From IMG/VR virus record IMGVR_UViG_2724679059_000002, positions 1 through 41,111 of that record: a stretch of 41,111 nucleotides of DNA, one strand, 5' to 3'. Below, piece after piece: positions 36,622 to 41,111 of the stretch. The translations under genes were made by a program, and so were the position numbers. How positions within the stretch are numbered: position 1 is the stretch's first letter; the number at the start of each line of letters is the position of its first letter. Origin of the DNA: a virus. Lineage: Duplodnaviria; Heunggongvirae; Uroviricota; Caudoviricetes. The notes under the pieces are model-generated. The model searched no databases and was not told the DNA's origin. It saw only the letters and a program-made list of their open reading frames with translations.

Positions 36622-37439
36622 AACCGGGAATTTATTTCGACATCAGCAACGAAGACTACCACGCCGGTGACGGCGTGAGTAAGTCGCAACTGGACATGGT
36701 TGCCAAGAATCCGGCGCTTCTCAAATGGGTTCAGGCAGCACCAGAAGACGAAGAGAAAAAGTCTGCACTAGATATGGGAACTGCATTGCACTGTCTGCTT
36801 CTGGAACCTGGAGAATTCGACAAACGCTTCATTGTTTCACCAAAGTTCGATCGTCGGACGAAACAAGGTAAAGCTGACGAAGAAGCATTTCTTCGTGATG
36901 TAGCGGATATGGGGATTTCGGTACTTGATGCAGAGCAGTGGCGAAAACTGGAGCTGATGCGTGATAGCGCAATGGCTCACCCAGCGGCACGCTGGATGTT
37001 GGAAGCACCTGGTTACTGCGAAGCATCAATGTACTGGAACGATGAAGATACGGGTGAGTTGTGCCGAATTCGTCCAGACAAATGGCTGAACGAGCACAAC
37101 GTGATCGTCGACGTGAAAAAGGTTGCAGATATGGACCGTTTTGCACGCCACATCGAGGAATTCCGCTACCACGTGCAGGACGCAATGTACCGCGAAGGCG
37201 CAACGAGGGTTACTGGTCAACCGCATGGTTTTTTCTTTCTTGCCGTGAGCGAAAGCATTGATTGTGGTCGGTATCCGGTACGCGTGTTCGAGTTGGATGC
37301 GCCGGATGTCGATGCCGGGCACGCTCTGTTCCGCCGGGATCTGAATACCTATCACGAATGCCGCATAAATGATGAATGGGGCGGCGTGGAAATTATTAAA
37401 CGCCCTGACTGGGCACGTAAACAGGATATGTATGTATGA
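36618..37439 (+). CDS. Phage recombination exonuclease, PD-(D/E)XK superfamily
   Basis: 273 aa with IRPDKW...VIVDVKK pattern; translationally coupled to the downstream RecT-like gene. Confidence 0.55.
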   Translation: MKPGIYFDISNEDYHAGDGVSKSQLDMVAKNPALLKWVQAAPEDEEKKSALDMGTALHCLLLEPGEFDKRFIVSPKFDRRTKQGKADEEAFLRDVADMGISVLDAEQWRKLELMRDSAMAHPAARWMLEAPGYCEASMYWNDEDTGELCRIRPDKWLNEHNVIVDVKKVADMDRFARHIEEFRYHVQDAMYREGATRVTGQPHGFFFLAVSESIDCGRYPVRVFELDAPDVDAGHALFRRDLNTYHECRINDEWGGVEIIKRPDWARKQDMYV

Positions 37440-38317
37440 GCAATGATATCGCAATCACATCACAACCAGGCGCAACTGTAGGCACTGCTGCGGCAATCTT
37501 CAGCCCCGAGGGCATGAATCAACTGGTGCGTTTCGCGGAGTTGATGTCACAAAGCAAAGCGACTGTACCGAAACATCTTGAAGGCAAACCTGCCGATTGC
37601 CTGGCGGTGACTATGCAGGCGGCACAGTGGGGAATGAACCCTTTCGCCGTGGCGCAGAAAACGCATGTGGTAAACGGAACGTTAGGCTACGAAGCACAGT
37701 TGGTAAACGCGGTCGTATCCTCTTCCAGCCTGCTGGCGACACGCCTGAATTATCGCTGGAGCGGTGACTGGTCGAATGTTAATGGCAAAACAGATAAATC
37801 ACCGAATCTGACGGTAACTGTGTCAGCAGTTCTTAAAGGTGAAACAGAACCCCGTGAGCTTACCATCAGTATGGCGCAAGCCGGAGTGCGTAACTCTCCA
37901 TTGTGGGAACAGGATCCGCGCCAGCAGCTTGCCTATCTTTGCACGAAACGATGGGCTCGCCTGCACGCTCCTGATGTGCTTCTCGGTGTTTACACCCCTG
38001 ACGAATTACAGGAAACGGCACCGCGCGTTGAGCGAGACATTACTCCGCAAACAACTACTGCTGCGGGAATGAACAGTCTGATCAACGCTAAACCAGTGAA
38101 AAAGCCTGATGAGCAAACTCGTAAAGCGGATAGCCGTGATCCAGAAGAAATGCTGATGGCCTTTACCAGCGCAGCGATGAATTACAGCACTGTCTCCGAA
38201 CTGGATAAGGCTTACAAATACATTGCACAAAAACTTTCAGATGATGACGAACTGCTGGCAAAAGCCACCGACGTTTACAGCGTTCGTCGGGAAGAATTAA
38301 ACGAAACATCTATGTAA
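37436..38317 (+). CDS. recT: RecT-family single-strand annealing protein
   Basis: Central region ADCLAVTMQAAQWGMNPFA...GYEAQL resembles RecT; paired with the upstream exonuclease. Confidence 0.6.
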   Translation: MSNDIAITSQPGATVGTAAAIFSPEGMNQLVRFAELMSQSKATVPKHLEGKPADCLAVTMQAAQWGMNPFAVAQKTHVVNGTLGYEAQLVNAVVSSSSLLATRLNYRWSGDWSNVNGKTDKSPNLTVTVSAVLKGETEPRELTISMAQAGVRNSPLWEQDPRQQLAYLCTKRWARLHAPDVLLGVYTPDELQETAPRVERDITPQTTTAAGMNSLINAKPVKKPDEQTRKADSRDPEEMLMAFTSAAMNYSTVSELDKAYKYIAQKLSDDDELLAKATDVYSVRREELNETSM

Positions 38318-38366
38318 CCACCACCGCGGCGCCACACGCGCCGCACTGCAACCAAGAGAGGTATTT

Positions 38367-38615
38367 ATGAAAGGTGCATTAGGTAAGAAGGAACTCCTGG
38401 CGGTGGTGCCACTGTCATGGAGCACTATCGACCGTATGGAGCGCGCAGGGGAATTTCCTAAACGCTGGTATATCACTGACAAACGCTGCGCATGGAACCG
38501 TGATGAAGTTGAGCGTTGGCTTGATGAACGTCAGGCAGCAAGCCCGGCAGAGTTCCAGGGTAAAAAACCTCCTGTTCAGCAACGTGTATATCGTCCTGTG
38601 AGCAACGCTGCATGA
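38367..38615 (+). CDS. AlpA-family DNA-binding protein / excisionase
   Basis: LSWSTIDRMERAGEFPKRWYITDKRCAWNRDEVERWL matches the AlpA/Xis HTH pattern; near the integrase. Confidence 0.75.
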   Translation: MKGALGKKELLAVVPLSWSTIDRMERAGEFPKRWYITDKRCAWNRDEVERWLDERQAASPAEFQGKKPPVQQRVYRPVSNAA

Positions 38616-38757
38616 GTGCGCTGCTAAGGCACTGGAGCAAATGGTCAGGATGGTACTTATTCCTGGCCTCTGTTTCAGCATGGCTTTATCTGCTGGCATT
38701 AATTTTCAGAGAGGGTTGGATTAAGTGAGAAAGTTAAGCCGACTTGAAAAATATCAC

Positions 38758-39024
38758 ATGAACAAGGTTTCAATGCGCAGCCCTTCAAAGGTTGTTGCCG
38801 TTAATCCTGCGGCGATAGAGATCGAAAAACGCGCGATTGAAAGAGAGAAAAAAGGGCAGTTCCGCATTGCCGCCCACCTTTGGCTTCAGTGTATGGATGT
38901 TGCTTCTGGTGATGTTGAGCGTGCAAGGATCGCGGTTCGCAGGGACCAATGTATCACAAAAGGTAACGGCCTTCGCCGTGGCGACTATAGCGGCATAGGA
39001 TGTTGTGGGGTGGTTTATGACTAA
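38758..39024 (+). CDS. Small hypothetical protein (possibly ANR-family-like regulator)
   Basis: Start set to ATG 38758 (MNKVSMRSPSKV...); small, conserved Trp/Cys/Arg spacing; frequently seen next to AlpA and int in P4-like modules. Confidence 0.35.
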   Translation: MNKVSMRSPSKVVAVNPAAIEIEKRAIEREKKGQFRIAAHLWLQCMDVASGDVERARIAVRRDQCITKGNGLRRGDYSGIGCCGVVYD

Positions 39025-39667
39025 GAAATACACACTAATCTATGCAGATCCACCCTGGGTATACCGGGACAAAGCCGCAGATGGTAATCGCGGTGCCGGT
39101 TTTAAATATCCGGTTATGAGTGTGCTGGATATCTGCCGCCTTCCTGTGTGGGATTTGGCCGATGAAAACTGTCTGTTGGCCATGTGGTGGGTGCCTACAC
39201 AACCACTCGAAGCACTAAAAGTTGTTGAAGCCTGGGGATTCCGTCTGATGACCATGAAGGGCTTCACGTGGATAAAATGTGGTAGTCGACAACCAGATAA
39301 ACTGGTTATGGGTATGGGACACATGACTCGCGCCAATAGTGAAGATTGCCTGTTTGCAGTAAAGGGAAAATTACCTACGCGCATTAATGCAGGGATCGTT
39401 CAGTCATTTACCGCACCGCGGCTTGAGCATTCAAGAAAACCAGATGTCGTTCGTGAAAAACTTGTGCAATTGTTAGGCGATGTTTCTCGCATTGAACTGT
39501 TCGCCCGCCAGACGTCTCATGGCTTCGATGTTTGGGGTAATCAGTGCGAAGACCCGGCAGTGCAACTACACCCTGGATACGCGTTGGATATTGCCGGATT
39601 AACAAATGCATTCAGCAATGCTCCGCTGTCACCAACAGACAACCAGGGGCGGGAGCGTGCAGCATGA
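39017..39667 (+). CDS. MT-A70 family N6-adenine DNA methyltransferase
   Basis: Catalytic motif DPPW (YADPPWVYRD); ~216 aa. Confidence 0.8.
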   Translation: MTKKYTLIYADPPWVYRDKAADGNRGAGFKYPVMSVLDICRLPVWDLADENCLLAMWWVPTQPLEALKVVEAWGFRLMTMKGFTWIKCGSRQPDKLVMGMGHMTRANSEDCLFAVKGKLPTRINAGIVQSFTAPRLEHSRKPDVVREKLVQLLGDVSRIELFARQTSHGFDVWGNQCEDPAVQLHPGYALDIAGLTNAFSNAPLSPTDNQGRERAA

Positions 39668-39858
39668 ACAGGGCATCACCAGCAGATTTAAGGAAATGCC
39701 TTGAAACTGCAAACATGCTTGCACACAGCGGGATCAGGTTTGTTCCAATTCCCGCTGTCACTGATGCTGAATTTGCAACACTGTCAGCAATATTCGAAAA
39801 CAAAATTGAATCACTGGCAGCAGAAGCAGAGATGGAAGAAAATCAGCAGAACTATTAA
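39664..39858 (+). CDS. Small hypothetical protein
   Basis: ATG overlaps the methyltransferase stop (ATGA); 64 aa, acidic C-terminus. Confidence 0.4.
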   Translation: MNRASPADLRKCLETANMLAHSGIRFVPIPAVTDAEFATLSAIFENKIESLAAEAEMEENQQNY

Positions 39859-39861
39859 ACG

Positions 39862-40104
39862 TTATTCCCCCGCCATCCACTTCTCAAACTTCGACGGGGA
39901 GAACGGAATCAGATCCGTATGCTCCCCGTTAATCCAGGAATCAATCATATCGGCCCACTGCTGCAACATGTAGGCGCGCTGTCTGGCGTATTCCGCTTTG
40001 TTATATACGGCGCGCACACCTTTCTGCTCATGTGCCAGAGCCTTTTCAATCCAGTCTGAAGGATAACCAGCCTCATGCAACAACGTACTGGCTGTACGGC
40101 GCAT
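39862..40104 (-). CDS. Integrase C-terminal catalytic fragment (separated from the main ORF by a frameshift)
   Basis: Contains HDMRRTASTLLHEAGY and ...RAVYNKAEY, i.e. the His-x-x-Arg and catalytic Tyr region; in-frame stop immediately upstream. Confidence 0.6.
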   Translation of the reverse strand: MRRTASTLLHEAGYPSDWIEKALAHEQKGVRAVYNKAEYARQRAYMLQQWADMIDSWINGEHTDLIPFSPSKFEKWMAGE

Positions 40105-41111
40105 ATCGTGTACGGTGAAGCCTCAATATGCTCACCATCTTCATTTATTATTTTCACCGTTCTGTCGATCAGAGAGTTCAGCGCGGCATTAGATAATGGC
40201 TTCCGGAAATTGTAACGACCAGGAACCAGATATTCACTTCCACCAGCGCACATCTGCAACCCAACCAATATATCCTGTGCCTGTTTAGGCAGGTAAATAA
40301 CGTGCGCCCGGCTTCCCTTCATGCGGTCTGAAGGAATTGTCCATGTCCATTTTTTAAAATCTATTTCATCCCACGTTGCATTGGTGAATTCGCCTTTACG
40401 AACCATAGTGATAAGCACCAGCTTTAAAGCCATTTTCATAGTGCCCATAGCACCAATGGCATCCAGCGTGCGGAAGAACAGGCCAATTTCTTCTGGTGTC
40501 AGTGTTCGCTCTCGTGGTTTAAATATGGCGATAGACGAAGGTTTAATGTCAGCCGCAGGATTAAACAAACCATGACCACGGTCATTGGCGTGACGGTATA
40601 CGCTGCTGATGATCTCCCTGGCCTGTACTGCTGTTGCCCGACCACCGCGTTCGACAATCCGGTCACACAAATCACGAACCATCGATGTGGTAATTTCAGC
40701 CATCATTTTGTTGCCAAGAACCGGAAGTATGTCACGGTCGATCACCGCCTGCTTCATTGCGCGGGTACTGTCAGCCAGGATAACGTGTTTCATATAACTG
40801 TCGGTATGTACCGCAAACGTCTCGGCACCACGAATCTTTTTGATACCGTCACGTTTAGCCGCAGCCGGTGACTGGCCTGCTTTAAGCAGCTTCTTTGCAG
40901 CAATCAGTTCTTCCCGCGCTTCTGCCAGGCTGATACCGTCACGCCCATACTGCCCGATTACCAGTGTTTCGCGGCGACCGTTGATACGGTAGTCATAGCG
41001 AAACGAGACCGTGCCTGACGTAAGCACAGCTACATACAGCCCGTCACGATCGGAGACCTTGTACAGTTTGTCCTGCGGCTTGAGGTTTTTTAATTTTGTA
41101 TCGGTAAGCAC
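39945..41111 (-). CDS. P4-type tyrosine integrase, main ORF; N-terminus at or just beyond the window edge, C-terminus out of frame
   Basis: N-terminal arm-binding domain LTDTKLKNLKPQDKLYKVSDRDGLYV; ORF reaches the right window edge; the frame changes near 40100-40130 before the catalytic motifs. Confidence 0.8.
   Translation of the reverse strand: MLTDTKLKNLKPQDKLYKVSDRDGLYVAVLTSGTVSFRYDYRINGRRETLVIGQYGRDGISLAEAREELIAAKKLLKAGQSPAAAKRDGIKKIRGAETFAVHTDSYMKHVILADSTRAMKQAVIDRDILPVLGNKMMAEITTSMVRDLCDRIVERGGRATAVQAREIISSVYRHANDRGHGLFNPAADIKPSSIAIFKPRERTLTPEEIGLFFRTLDAIGAMGTMKMALKLVLITMVRKGEFTNATWDEIDFKKWTWTIPSDRMKGSRAHVIYLPKQAQDILVGLQMCAGGSEYLVPGRYNFRKPLSNAALNSLIDRTVKIINEDGEHIEASPYTICAVQPVRCCMRLVILQTGLKRLWHMSRKVCAPYITKRNTPDSAPTCCSSGPI

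Noticed and set aside
1-41111. CRISPR arrays, IS elements/transposases, T7-type RNA polymerase
   Set aside because: No short direct repeat-spacer arrays, no transposase-like ORFs or terminal inverted repeats, and no large RNAP-like ORF were seen; the phage looks temperate with host-RNAP-type promoters.

Overview
Nearly the whole window (about 1.1 kb to the right edge) is one temperate prophage; only the first ~1.1 kb looks like host DNA (a lipoprotein gene and a frameshifted secreted-protein gene). Reading right to left: a P4-type tyrosine integrase (frameshifted, running off the right edge), an early-left operon on the + strand (AlpA-like Xis, MT-A70 methyltransferase, RecT, PD-(D/E)XK exonuclease), a two-HTH CI-like repressor with no peptidase domain, a divergent Cro-like gene, lambda O/P-like replication genes with iteron-like repeats, a nin-like region (DUF1064, PAPS-reductase-like, Ead/Ea22-like, DUF551), terminase small and large subunits, a tRNA-Arg(UCU) plus an AT-rich moron, then a podovirus-type (T7-like) structural module on the - strand (portal, scaffold, capsid, gp11-like adaptor, nozzle, large ejection proteins, tail fibre with SGNH esterase domain) and a lysis cassette (holin-like, GH19 endolysin, Rz/Rz1). 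The most interesting material is a + strand moron cassette at 5.3-7.8 kb, inside the - strand late operon: a LexA-boxed small antirepressor-like gene, a Bro-N protein, and a YafO-like toxin with a small overlapping upstream ORF. A 15-bp palindrome TTACC-N5-GGTAA recurs at least 13 times, in the immunity region and upstream of the morons and the tRNA. All homology calls are from reading the translations by eye; no searches were run.
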